Assembly (NCBI RefSeq): GCF_006345805.1
Contig: NC_043013.1
Span: 7,688,001 to 7,752,000 of the forward strand
Direction of reading: 5' to 3'
DNA: 64,000 nucleotides
Origin: Octopus sinensis
Taxonomy: Eukaryota
Under the pieces are notes generated by a model, which saw only the letters and a list, made by a program, of their open reading frames with translations, made no database searches and was not told the DNA's origin. The translations under genes were made by a program, and so were the position numbers. This document shows positions 38,673 through 50,175 of this stretch, one piece after another; within the stretch, counting starts at the first letter, position 1, and every line of letters starts with the position of its first letter.

Positions 38673-39405
38673 TAAAAAGTGAGATAGGGGTTATGAGTGT
38701 AACCCACTATGGGATATCAGTTATCCAATATACTGCTAGTGAAGTACCCAAAAGGCTAATACATAAATGCTAATAATTGCAATGCAATTAGTACATTTAT
38801 TGAATTAGATGGGCGAAGGTAAAATATTTTACCTCAAAATCTTACTTATTGATGTATATTGTTTTATTCTGTCGGATTTGGATGTTCCTATTTAAGTAGT
38901 TAATAAATAATATGAATTGGTATTATCTGTAAGTTGATGATTGAAAGGAATCTGTTCTTCCATTTTCTTATTTGTATTATATATATATATTGCAGAAGCC
39001 TTGTTTTGGTTCTTCACGGTTCTGAATTCAAATAAATTCAAAACTTCAGATTTACCCTTTCACCCTTCGCTGCCCTTCGTCAAAATATCTACTTCCTGAC
39101 TGAATTGCTAACAACAGCGATATAACCCCCCACTTCCAATAATAAAGACAGGGCAGAACAAGCACTACAACATTGATGGTCAAGTGTCACACGTAATTTC
39201 TCGCTCCCCATGAAACATTCTGATATGATTTTATTTAATTATTACTAAGAAGAACGACGGATAACAATGACCCCGTGACCTTTTTTCAAAGGCTCCGAAA
39301 CCAGAAACTTGACCCGATTACTTGCAACACTGGCCGGGTCATTTTTTTTTTTTTTTTAGTTGAGCGACAGGTAGCCTACAACCTTAGATAAAAAATATAT
39401 ATATG

Positions 39406-39437
<32 letters not shown>

Positions 39438-39554
39438 TAAATAAATAAAGAGTCAAATTAATTAATCAATAAATAACTTTTCCAAATAGTTCGGTATGTT
39501 AAAAGAACCATTATCAGTAACCTTATACAAAAATTCTATAATTATAGAATATAT

Positions 39555-39884
39555 GGCTCAGTGGTTAGAGCGTCGAGCTTACGTTCGTGAGGTTGTGAGC
39601 TCGAATCCCGGACCGGGCTGCGTTTTGTGTTCTTGAGCAAAGCACTTTATTTCACGTTGGTCCAGTTCACTCAGCTGTAGAAATGAGTTGCGACGTCACT
39701 GGTGCCAAGCTGTATCGACCTTTGTCTTTCCCTTGAATAACACTAGTGGCGTGGAGAGGAGAGGCTGGTATGCATGGGCGACTGCTGGTCTTCCATAAAC
39801 AACCTTGCCCGGACTTGTGTCTAGGAGGGTAACTTTCTAGGTGCAATCCCATGGTCATTCATGACCGAAGGGGGTCTTTACCCC
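39555..39884 (+). mobile_element. SINE-C
   Basis: Near-identical to 14026-14360. TSD TTATAGAATATAT (39542-39554, 39885-39897). Confidence 0.9.
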
Positions 39885-40635
39885 TTATAGAATATATATA
39901 TATATATATATAATATATATATATATATTATATATATATATATAAAGCATGGCTGTGTGGTTAAGACAATTAGTTTCGGGTAGTACTGCGCTGCACTTTC
40001 AGCAAGTGAATCTGATAGACAGAAACTGTGCGACTCTTCCCACCCCCCGCCCATACACGGGTGTATATATGCATCTTCGTGTATGTATTTCACAGTTTGA
40101 TATATCAGGTTTGTTTTGTTATGCCTGTAACCGAGCAGTTTCGGCAAAATGAGACCGATAGTGTAAGTACCAGACTTTAACAAAAAGGCTGCTGTCCAAT
40201 GACCGATCCGGTACAGTCTACCTGCAATCTTTTTTCGAGAAGCGGATCGCATGAGACATGGTTTATCATCAGGCGAGTCGTACTAATCCCTTCAGTAAGT
40301 CCCGCAGGTTGCAGTTTGCTCGTGACTGCAGTAGACCAATGATTACAGATGCTCAAGCCACAATCGTTCATTGTTCAGATATTACGTAAGAGGACTTCAG
40401 TAGGTTGTCCCATTCTTCCCCCTCCTTTTTCTTTTTGTCTTTGATTCGAGGGAGATTTAACAACTGTTCCAAACAGGCCAAGCAATCACGAAGAGGATTA
40501 CTTACTGGCTCGTTTCAAACTTGAATTTTTTTCAGGGAAAAATATAAGGAATTAAAATTATAGTTTTAGTAAAAAAAGAGAGACAAGCTCAATTTTTAAT
40601 ATTGATTCAATGCGAAAAGTAATCAAAAATGACTC

Positions 40636-40889
40636 TCGGACTTCGCAGTTTGCGATTCTTTTGCTCTCTCCCACATCCAGGATGGTGCGGCAAATAGGAG
40701 GGTCACTGCTTCCGTAGCCGAACGGAGCAGAAGTATCAGGACCTGTGGCGTTTGAGACATTAGGAGGGATTGGGCCACTAACCGCGAAGCTTTTCTTATC
40801 GTTTGCGGCTCACCTCACCGATGTATCAGGTGATGCCCGTGAGGCCGCTTGGCTTTTCCATCGACCCTGGTAATGCTGCGAGTGTGCTG
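40636..40889 (+). pseudogene. 3' fragment of a CRE-like non-LTR retrotransposon (restriction-like endonuclease domain)
   Basis: Frameshifted translation DFAVCDSFALSH..ASVAER..KYQDL..PVAFETLGGIGP..DVSGDAREAAWLFHR..GNAASVL matches the CRE-clade pattern WD.T..DT.A.S / KY..L / P.A.ET.G / GD.RE..FL.QR / GNAA.VL. Confidence 0.75.
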
Positions 40890-41013
40890 GTTTACGATCA
40901 ATTGAAGCACTTAGTGCTGTATCGATGTTGTTTTTCTTTTCTCTCTCTTCTTCCCATTTTCCTTTTTTCTGATTTATTCTTTTCTTTCCTTTGTAAAAAT
41001 TGTATTAGTGTAC

Positions 41014-41052
41014 TTCGAACATGTTTCGGTCGTACTGGACCTCCTTAACGAA
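41014..41052 (-). ncRNA. Degenerate minimal type-I hammerhead ribozyme motif
   Basis: Minus strand TTCG-TTAAGGA-GGTC(CAGTAC)GACC-GAAAC-AT-GTT-CGAA. Helices I-III pair; the core differs from CUGANGA by two transitions. Confidence 0.55.
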
Positions 41053-41554
41053 TCTTAGTTTAACCTTTACTGACGTTGTTAAATGACGAGAGTAGTAGTA
41101 GTAGTAGTATATCAGATTTTCCTGAATGAATACGTGTCTAGTGAAATTAACCATTATCATGAATGAACACTTTACTAGTGAAATTAACCATTTATCATAC
41201 ATGCAATAGTGTGGGTTTCACAAATAGTTAAAAATTGCAACAAGCTGTGTACTATTAATATATAATCCTTAAATAACAAAACTGTGTAAAGAACAAAGGT
41301 GTGTGTACGGAAATAAACTGGATTCCACTATCAGTGTTACTTATTTTATCAAAGCCCTCGTGATATTTACTGAAAATCGTGGGGCCTAAAAGCTGACGGT
41401 TTTAACTTTAACAGAATTCCAAAACTCATCTAGCGTTACTCATGAAATACTTAATGTTTCTATGTTCAAATTCCAATGAGATCAACTTGAGCCTTTCATG
41501 TTTTAGAAATCGGTAAAGTGACAGCCAAGAAACTGGGGTAGATTGTTATCAACT

Positions 41555-41941
41555 GTGGAAGCACTCCGTCGGCTACGACGACGAGGGTTCCGGTTGATCC
41601 GAATCAACGGAACAGCCTGCTCGTGAAATTAACGTGTAAGTGGCTGAGCACTCCACAGACACGTGTACCCTTAACGTAGTTCTCGGGGATATTCAGCGTG
41701 ACACAGAGAGTGACAAGGCCGGCCCTTTGAAATACAGGCACAACAGAAACAGGAAGTAAGAGTGAGAGAAAGTTGTGGTGAAAGAGTACAGCAGGGATCA
41801 CCACCATCCCCTGCCGGAGCCTCGTGGAGCTTTTAGGTGTTTTCGCTCAATAAACACTCTTAACGCCCGGTCTGGGAATCGAAGCCACGATCCTACGACC
41901 GCGAGTCCGCTGCCCAAACCACTGGGCCATTGCGCCTCCAC
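41555..41941 (-). mobile_element. SINE-F, full length
   Basis: Perfect 11-bp TSD TGTTATCAACT (41544-41554, 41942-41952). Confidence 0.92.
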
Positions 41942-42796
41942 TGTTATCAACTAAACCCCTTTCCTTGAAATCACTGGCCTTCTGCTTAAATTAGAAACAA
42001 TTATTATTGAGACTCACATAGTTAATTTTCTTTTAGAAGTTTAGAACAAGTAAACTGTTAGATATTTTTTTTTCATTTCGTGAATAAAGGAAGCCTGTTT
42101 GTGTATCTGCCAACCTTGCCTCACGAGTTTCTTATGTCCCGGTCGAAAAGCAGTCATAAAACATCTAGTTAAGGCCAACTTACTTCATATGTTGACTCGA
42201 CGAATTTTACAATGTTAAAACGTATATACATTTTGAAATAAAAGACACATTCAGCTCATAATTCCATCTGAATAGTGTTTCTTTACACTGTATTCCCCCG
42301 TTTACTAGTCAACTATTTTCTCTTCCACACCCTCCCAACGTATTTGATAAGCAAAAATGCAGTCTTTGTTTACAACAGTTTATTACATAACATTAACGAC
42401 TTAGTAATTAATTTCGCAGTATTATCTTTAAAAATCAACATTAAGGAAAATAAACCTAGCATAAAACAGTGTGGATAATGAGTTGCAAAGAGCTTTTCAA
42501 TATAGAAAACGATTTCCCCTCACTGGAATTCCTCAATTTCCACCTGCAATCTTGAAATTTCCTCTCGGAGTGGGGTGTAGTTTCCCCCAACTCCTACACA
42601 CATCTCTGGTTTAAGAATTACCGAGTTAGAACAAGAAAGAGTTACTGTCTGCAGATTACAGTGAGTTAGTGAAAAAGCATAATTAAAAATAAACTGAATT
42701 AAAAAATAAAAACTTAACCAAAAGCTTCATCGTGTAAACGTAGTAGGTGTCTTAAAATAGAAAGTAAAAACCGCATACAAACAAAAACAAAACGGT

Positions 42797-42832
<36 letters not shown>

Positions 42833-43508
42833 GAGAAGATTGGAAGTGAAAATAGAAGATGTTAGTTATAATAAATAATTTAAGAAATAAACTTTTCACC
42901 TCTCACCTACTTCATGGAAGTTTAGTTTGCTCTTAGCTTCAGCACTTTTCATAAACCAACTAACTTTTCTCTCTCTCTCTCTATCTCTCTCTCACACACA
43001 CACACATACATATCTGTTTAGGTCTTACTCTGTCTTTTTAATCTTTCTTTTTCTCTTACTCCCTCTCTTTCTTTCTTTCTCACTCACACTCTCACTCACT
43101 CTTTTTAGCCTTGCTCTTTTTCGCACACTTGCTTGAAGACATGCAATTAATCACATATATATACCTATAAGTGCGTGTATTATAGTTATATATAGATATA
43201 GATATATTATAGTCACAAGTTTAGTGTCTTCCACACACTCATTAACACTTTTTCTCCTCACCTCACCCCATACTTTTAAACGGCCATTCAACTTAACTCA
43301 AACACACACGCCTTTCTGTAATCTCATATGCTCACCTCCTTACATACATACATACCTACATACTTACACACATGTAACAAACCAGCTTTATCAGCCTAGC
43401 CTTTATTGTCTGTACTTGTCTGTGAGAAATGGACACAGCCAAGTTAAATATGAAGATAGCGAAAGACTACTTCACCAGTAGTCAAAATATCGTTTTATTT
43501 CCTTCCAG

Positions 43509-43597
43509 AGACTTCGGGAAACGGAAATTTATCAGTTTGAGCTCAGAAAAGCAACGTGTTCAATCGGCGAAGGACACCCAAAACAACATGCGGTCTC
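43509..43597 (+). CDS. Candidate exon of the unidentified plus-strand gene containing a likely start codon (ATG at 43588, MRS..)
   Basis: ttttatttccttccag| acceptor, |gtaagt donor and aacaacATG context. An upstream donor TACA|gtgagt at 42660 could close a 5' UTR exon. Confidence 0.5.
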
Positions 43598-43809
43598 GTA
43601 AGTAAACAATCCAAATCATTTTATTCTAATTGCAAAAGTTTTGCTTCCTTTCCACCAACTACATGTTTTCAGTATTACCAGTTTTCGACATCAATTGAAA
43701 TTACCAAGGAACCTCTGTAGTTCCTTTATAAATATACACAAAAGTTTGGCGATGCAAGCAGGAAATACAGAACTCAAAACATGAGTATATACATATATAT
43801 ATACATGAG

Positions 43810-43844
<35 letters not shown>

Positions 43845-44219
43845 TATATATATATTCTGATGTCATCATTGATATTAATTCCTTAACTATTGCGAAGGAA
43901 CTGCAGAGATTTGGTAAACGAATATTTCTTTTTTTTTCTTTTCTTTTCTTTTTCCCCATTGGCATCAGACTTTGACCTAGTTTCATTTTGATTGAAAGTA
44001 TGTTTGGACTCTGTTTATATTTACACGTAAACATGACTAGTCAATCGACATTTTTACACTCTTTGAGGGGCGATACCAGCTTCGGATTTCAAGCAGCAAT
44101 TGTCAAACGAAACCCAGCTTGGGTCACACACACACACACACACACCACACACACACACACACACATACACACACACACACACACATTTTAACATGATACT
44201 TATTTCTGCTTTCAGTATA

Positions 44220-44564
44220 CTCTTTACTCTTTACTCTTTTACTTGTTTCAGTCATTTGACTGCGGCCATGCTGGAGCACCACCTTTTAGTACTTATTCTA
44301 TCGGTCTCTTTTTGCCGAACCGCTAAGTGACGGGGACCTAAACACACCAGCATCGGTTGTCAAGCAATGCTAGGGGGACAAACACAGACACACAAACACA
44401 CACACATATACATATATATACATATATACGACAGGCTTCTTTCAGTTTCCGTCTACCAAATCCACTCACAAGGCATTGGTCGGCCCGGGGCTATAGCAGA
44501 AGACACTTGCCCAAGATGCCACGCAGTGGGACTGAACCCGATAAACTACATCAAATTATTTTAC

Positions 44565-44612
<48 letters not shown>

Positions 44613-44965
44613 CATACGCACACACACACGTATGTATATGTGTAGTGAGCATGTGTAATTATTTTAATAGTTATGTGTTTGTTTGTGTCATCATTGTCGT
44701 TTCTGCGCCGGTTTTTTCCATACTGGCAGTGGTTGTGCGGAACTTGTTGAAGCAGTATTCTTCAACTAAACTACCTTCTCAAAGCTGATTTTTGTTGTTG
44801 TTGCTGTTGTTGTTTTTAAAGTAGGCGCAGGAGTGGCTGTGTGGTAAAGTAGTTCCGGGTTCAGTCCCACTGCGTGGGGCAAGTGTCTTTCTTCTACTAT
44901 AGCCTTGGGCGGACCAAAGCCTTGTGAGTGGATTTGGTAGACGGAAAACTGAAAGAAACCCGTCG

Positions 44966-44998
<33 letters not shown>

Positions 44999-45195
44999 CT
45001 GCATTTGTCCCCCCAACATCGCTTGACAACCGATGCTGGTGTGTTTACGTCCCCGTCACCTAGCGGTTCGGCAAAAGAGACCGATAGAATAAGTACTAGA
45101 CATACAAATAATAAGTCCTGGGGTCGATTTGCTCGACTTAAAGGCGGTGCTCCAGCATGGCCGCAGTCAAATGACTGAAACAAGTAAAAGAATAA
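44220..45195. mobile_element. Inverted pair of SINE-A copies (44220-44540 minus, 44822-45195 plus)
   Basis: Homologous cores and tails in opposite orientation, about 280 bp apart. Confidence 0.85.
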
Positions 45196-46988
45196 GGCAG
45201 TTTATTCTGCAACTTCACATGAATTCCCGAATTGTCGAACTTTTTGTGTCGGAGGACCAGGCATAAACAAAATCTCGGCTAGCTAAACCTAATCGATGCA
45301 CACATACATGCATGTGCACACACAAAAACGCAAACGTGTGTGTGTGCGCACGTGACCATAGGTCTCTGGAAAACCTAGCCGTAGACCAAGAACTAGATGG
45401 TTGGATATTATCCATAGTCTCAGTTGGACATGCTTGAGAACCCTTTCGCAAAGTCTAATTATGCTGCTTCTGATAGGACCCAGTGAAGGAGTTGCTTCAG
45501 CCCTCTGCCTCCAACAAACATCCCAGGAATTCTGGGCTGGGCAGAGAAGATAGCTAGCTAGATATGTTTATATGTATGCATGGACAGAATTTTGGAATAA
45601 ATGTGCTATATGTACATCATGAGAAAGGAAACAGGTAATTTTCGGGGGGGGGGGGCATTTTTCTTCCCCCACTCCACCCTACTTTAGTAACATTTTCATT
45701 TCCATGAGAGACATCCGACTGAAAACACACACACACACACAATATACAACAGGCCTCCACACAGCTTCCATCCACTAAATTTCACCTCAAGCCACCTATC
45801 AACCCGTCGCCACAAAAGAAGCACCAGCTCAAGGTGCCCACCACCACACACATACACACTCACAGCAGGCGCCCATGCAGCAAATTTTGCTCATAAAGCA
45901 CCTGTCAACATGAGACCACAACAAATAATAGTCACCTGCTCAAGGAACCAAACTCAAAACCGGGTGATTGCAAAACGAATTTCATATATTTAAAGTCAGT
46001 GCTTTTAATAATTTGGATTAAAAACAAGTAAATGAAAAATTACTTCATAGTTGAGCAGATTCTAAATATTTCATTGGATATTGTGGAACATGCCATTGCC
46101 AGAGAAACATAGAAGTCACAGCAACCCTGCATTTCAGTCTAATAATAATAATAATTATAAATTTATTGATTTTTTTTTTTTTGCTTGTTAAATTTTGTCC
46201 ATATTGGGGTATCAAATTCAAGGATTTTAGTTGACCCTACCCACTTTTAATACTATTTCTGGTACTTTGGATTGCATTACCTATGTTCAGTCATCTGCAG
46301 GATGATGGCATCAGCATGTTCTATCCACCAACCATGGTTTGATGTAGAGGCCATGAATTTGAGCTTGAGTTCATACTCATTAGATGGGCCTACTCTGCTA
46401 CACTGGCTTGACAGAGGAGTGCAGTTTTTATACTCTTACCCAGGAGGAGTCAAGTCAATTACATTGACCCCCAGTGCTCAACTGGTATTTATTTTATTGA
46501 CCCCAAAAGGATGAAAGGCAAAGTCAGCCTTGATGAAATTTGAACTCAGAACCTAAGGGTATGAAATACCGCTATGCATTTTGCCCAGAATCCAGCATGC
46601 TAGCAATTCCACCAGCTCACCATCTGGTTCTTACTTTATTAATATTGTTAGAAATAAAATGCATGTTGTACTTAACATTAAAATATAACCCAGACTGACT
46701 TAAATACTGGTGTTTTTATGTAGGCATGGCTTAATGGTTAAGATCTTCCCCTCACACCTTGGTTCCAAGTTTTGCTGCACTACAATCTTCATAGTGCTGG
46801 TAGCATGAAAAAGGCAGTTAGTACATGCTGTAAAGCGGTTGGTATCAGAATGGCATCCAGCTGTAGAAACCATACCAAAGTAGACAGTGGAGCATGATGC
46901 AGTCCTTAAAAGCCTTTGGATCCTGTCGAACCATCCAATCCATGCAACATAGAAAGAGATATTAAATGGCATTTGGAAACCAATTTAA

Positions 46989-47199
46989 CCCTTTCATTAC
47001 TGTATTTATTTTGAGATGCTCTGTGTTTCTTTGAATTACTTTAAATATAACTAAGTTATAACTTGGTTATCATTCAGCTAGTTTTAGGAACATAAATTGT
47101 GACTAATGTTTGGTGGAAGATTTTAATTCAAAACTTACAAAAACAAGGCATTTGTACTCAGAGCCAGAGCCGGTTTCAGCCAGGTTGGTAACGAAAGGG
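46989..47199. mobile_element. piggyBac-type MITE, family P2
   Basis: TTAA|CCCTTTCATTAC ... GTAACGAAAGGG|TTAA. Confidence 0.85.
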
Positions 47200-47993
47200 T
47201 TAAAGCTGATATTGGAATTAGATACAGTCCTGCAGTCCACCAGATCCTGTCAGACCATCCAGCCCATACCAGCCTGAAAGATAGACATTAAATGATGGTG
47301 TTATATAGTGCTGGTGCCACGTAAAGCTGCACACAGCCCACCCTGTAAAGTGGTTGGTATTAGGAAGGGCAAAAAAAAAAACATGCCAGGACAGTCAGTG
47401 GAACTTGGTACAATCCTCTGGCTTGCCAGTATGGAAAACAGACGTTGAATGAGGATGATGATGATGATGATGATATATATAATATATATATATACATATA
47501 CACACACACATCTTGGGTGCCAGTGCCACATAAAATGCACCTGTGCTAGAGCTGCATAAGCACATCTGCGCCAGTGGTATGTAACAAACACGAAGCACAC
47601 TCTGTAAAGTAGTTGGCATTATGAAGGGCATCCAGCCATAGAAACTATGCCACAACAAATAATTGGAATTTGTACAGCTCCATATCAAACTGTCCAACTC
47701 ATGACAGCATCAAAAACAGATTATTATTATTATTATTACTATTATTATTATTGTTATTATTATTGTTATTATTTTGAACACGAACATTAAAATGAAATAT
47801 TTTTGTTTTTGAAATATTTTGTTTATAATTGAAAATACTACTTTAATTATCTAATGTGAAGATTAAATTAATAAATAATCAATAAGGATTATGATACATA
47901 AATACTGCCATTATTGAAATTTAAGCACAAACCGAACTAAATAAATACTCTTCTCATGTATTCGAAGTACTACAATGAGCTGCTGCTGCTGTA

Positions 47994-48434
47994 TGGGGGG
48001 GGCTGAAAAGTTCCTGGCTTTAAGGATATTGCGAAGGGCCTGGTTGGAGACCCTTTGAACAGGGTTTAGAAAAACTAAAGGACTGCTGCATTAAGTGTAT
48101 GAACCTGAGAGGGGGATCTCTTAAATAAACTCATAGTTAAATGATCCTCCTTATTTGTTTACTACCCACAAGGGGCTAAACATAGAGGGGACAAACAAGG
48201 ACAGACAAACGGATTAAGTCGATTACATCGACCCCCCAGTGCATAACTGGTACTTAATTTATCGACCCCGAAAGGATAAAAGTCAAAGTCAACCTCGGCG
48301 GAATTTGAACTCAGAATGTAACGGCAGACGAAATACGGCTACGCATTTCGCCCGGCGTGCTAACGATTCTGCCAGCTCGCCGCCCTGCTGTATTTTCTTT
48401 TAGCCAAAGCCAGGAATTTTTCAGCACCTCTTCG
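47994..48434 (+). mobile_element. mariner-derived deletion element interrupted by SINE-D
   Basis: TIRs ..GCTGAAAAGTTCCTGGCTTT and AAAGCCAGGAATTTTTTCAGC.., TA flanks. The residual FEQGLEKLKDCCIKCMNLRG resembles a mariner transposase C-terminus. Confidence 0.7.
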
Positions 48435-49202
48435 TATATGCTTCTGTTAAAAGAATGGATGAGTTCGGTAATCAATGCACAAACATACTTCAACATACAT
48501 CATTTCAAATTAAGTCGTTTTTTTTTTGACTTCATCATCTTTTTCTTTTAAAGAAATTAATGGAATAAATCGAGTTCAACTAAAATCAATTTATCTGGCT
48601 TTACATCGATTTCAGCAAACTGAAAGAAGCCCATTGTATGTGTGTGTATAGACATCTGTGTTTGTCCTCTACCACCACTTGACAACTGGTGTTGGTGTGT
48701 TTGGTTTTGTAACTTAGCAGTTCAGCTAAAGAGACCAATAGAATAAGTACCTGGTTTTAAAAAAAAAAAATAAGCGCTGGGGTCAATTCATTCAAGGTGG
48801 TGCCCCTGCACGGCTACAGCCTAATGACTGAAATGAAATAAGTAAAAGATATTTAAAAGAATAAAAATATTTCTAATAATCTAAAACTCAATACTGAAGT
48901 GGAAAAATCAAATAAGAGGCATGTGAAAATATGTACAACCCATTTATTTATTTACTACCCACAGGGGGCTAAACATAGAAGGGACAAATAAGGACAGACA
49001 AAGGGATTAAGTCAATTACATCGACCCCTGTATGTAACTGGTACTTATTTAATCGACCCCAAAAGGATGAAAGGCAAAGTCAACCTTGGCAGAATTTGAA
49101 CTCGGAACATAACAGCAGATGAAATACTACTAAGCATTTCGCCCAGCGTGCTAATGATTCTGCCAGCTCGCTGCCCTCCATTTATTAAAACAGACATGAG
49201 CT

Positions 49203-49612
49203 ACAGGCATAGGAGTGGCTGTGTGGTAAGTAGCTTGCTTACCAACCACATGGTTCCGGGTTCAGTCCCACTGCGTAGCACCTTGGGCAAGTGTCTTCTA
49301 CTATAGCATCGGGCTGACCAAAGCCTTGTGAGTGGATTTGGTAGAAGGAAACTGAAAGAAGCCTGTCGTATATATGTATGTGTGTGTATATGTTTGTGTA
49401 TCTGTTTGTCCCCCCAACATCGCTTGACGACTGATGGTAGTGTGTTTATGTCCTCGTAACTTAGCGATTCGGCAAAAGAGACTGATAGAGTAAGTACTAG
49501 GCTTCCAAAGAACAAGTCCTGGGGTTGATTTGCTTGACTAAAAAAAAAAAAAGGCAGTGCTCCAGCATGGCCACAGTCAAATGACTGAAACAAGTTAAAG
49601 AGTAAAAGAGTA
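49203..49612 (+). mobile_element. SINE-A, full length; further copies at about 48610-48860, 50625-50740, 55800-55980, 60240-60650, 61700-62140 and 63960-64000
   Basis: Complete head, core and tail. Confidence 0.9.
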
Positions 49613-49954
49613 ATGAATTTAAAAAAGAATTTTTTTTTCGTGTTTTCCTTTCCCAAGTCAAGTCACATGTCCTGGAGCCAGTTACTGGTTTAACTTGAAC
49701 TATGTCTGTATTTAAATGGAAATATGACCACTTACATCCTGCATTGTATTAAGGTCAACAGCAATGATCCCATGAACATACATTTGCCAATTATGCCAAA
49801 TATTCATATTTTTTTAATGATTTATGGCACTTTAACTAACTGGCACCCTCCATCGATCATGATAAGGGTTCCATTTGAGCTGATCGACGGAACAGCCTAT
49901 TCGTGAAATCAATGTGCAATTGGCTGAGCACTCCACAGACGTGCATAGCCTTAA

Positions 49955-50175
49955 CCCCTTTGATACCAACCCGGCTGAAACCGGCTCTTGCTCTGTGGTA
50001 CAAATGTCTTGTTTTCAAAAGTTCTGAATTAAAATCTTCCACCAAACCTTAGTCACAATTTATGTTCCTAACACTTGTTTAATGATAACTAAGTTATTTT
50101 ACTAAATTCTTTGTTATATTTAAAGTAATTGAAAGAAACACAGAACATCTCAAAATAAATACAGTAACGAAAGGG
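49955..50175. mobile_element. piggyBac-type MITE, family P2, inserted at the TTAA of a C/F-type SINE
   Basis: TTAA|CCCCTTTGATACC ... GTAACGAAAGGG|TTAA. The host sequence CCTTAA|CATAGTTC is restored on removal. Confidence 0.85.

Noticed and set aside
49735-49810. Minus-strand ATG ORF with a strong gtaagt donor (MNIWHNWQMYVHGIIAVDLNTMQD)
   Set aside because: No consistent partner exons. Such donors are expected by chance many times in 64 kb of AT-rich DNA.
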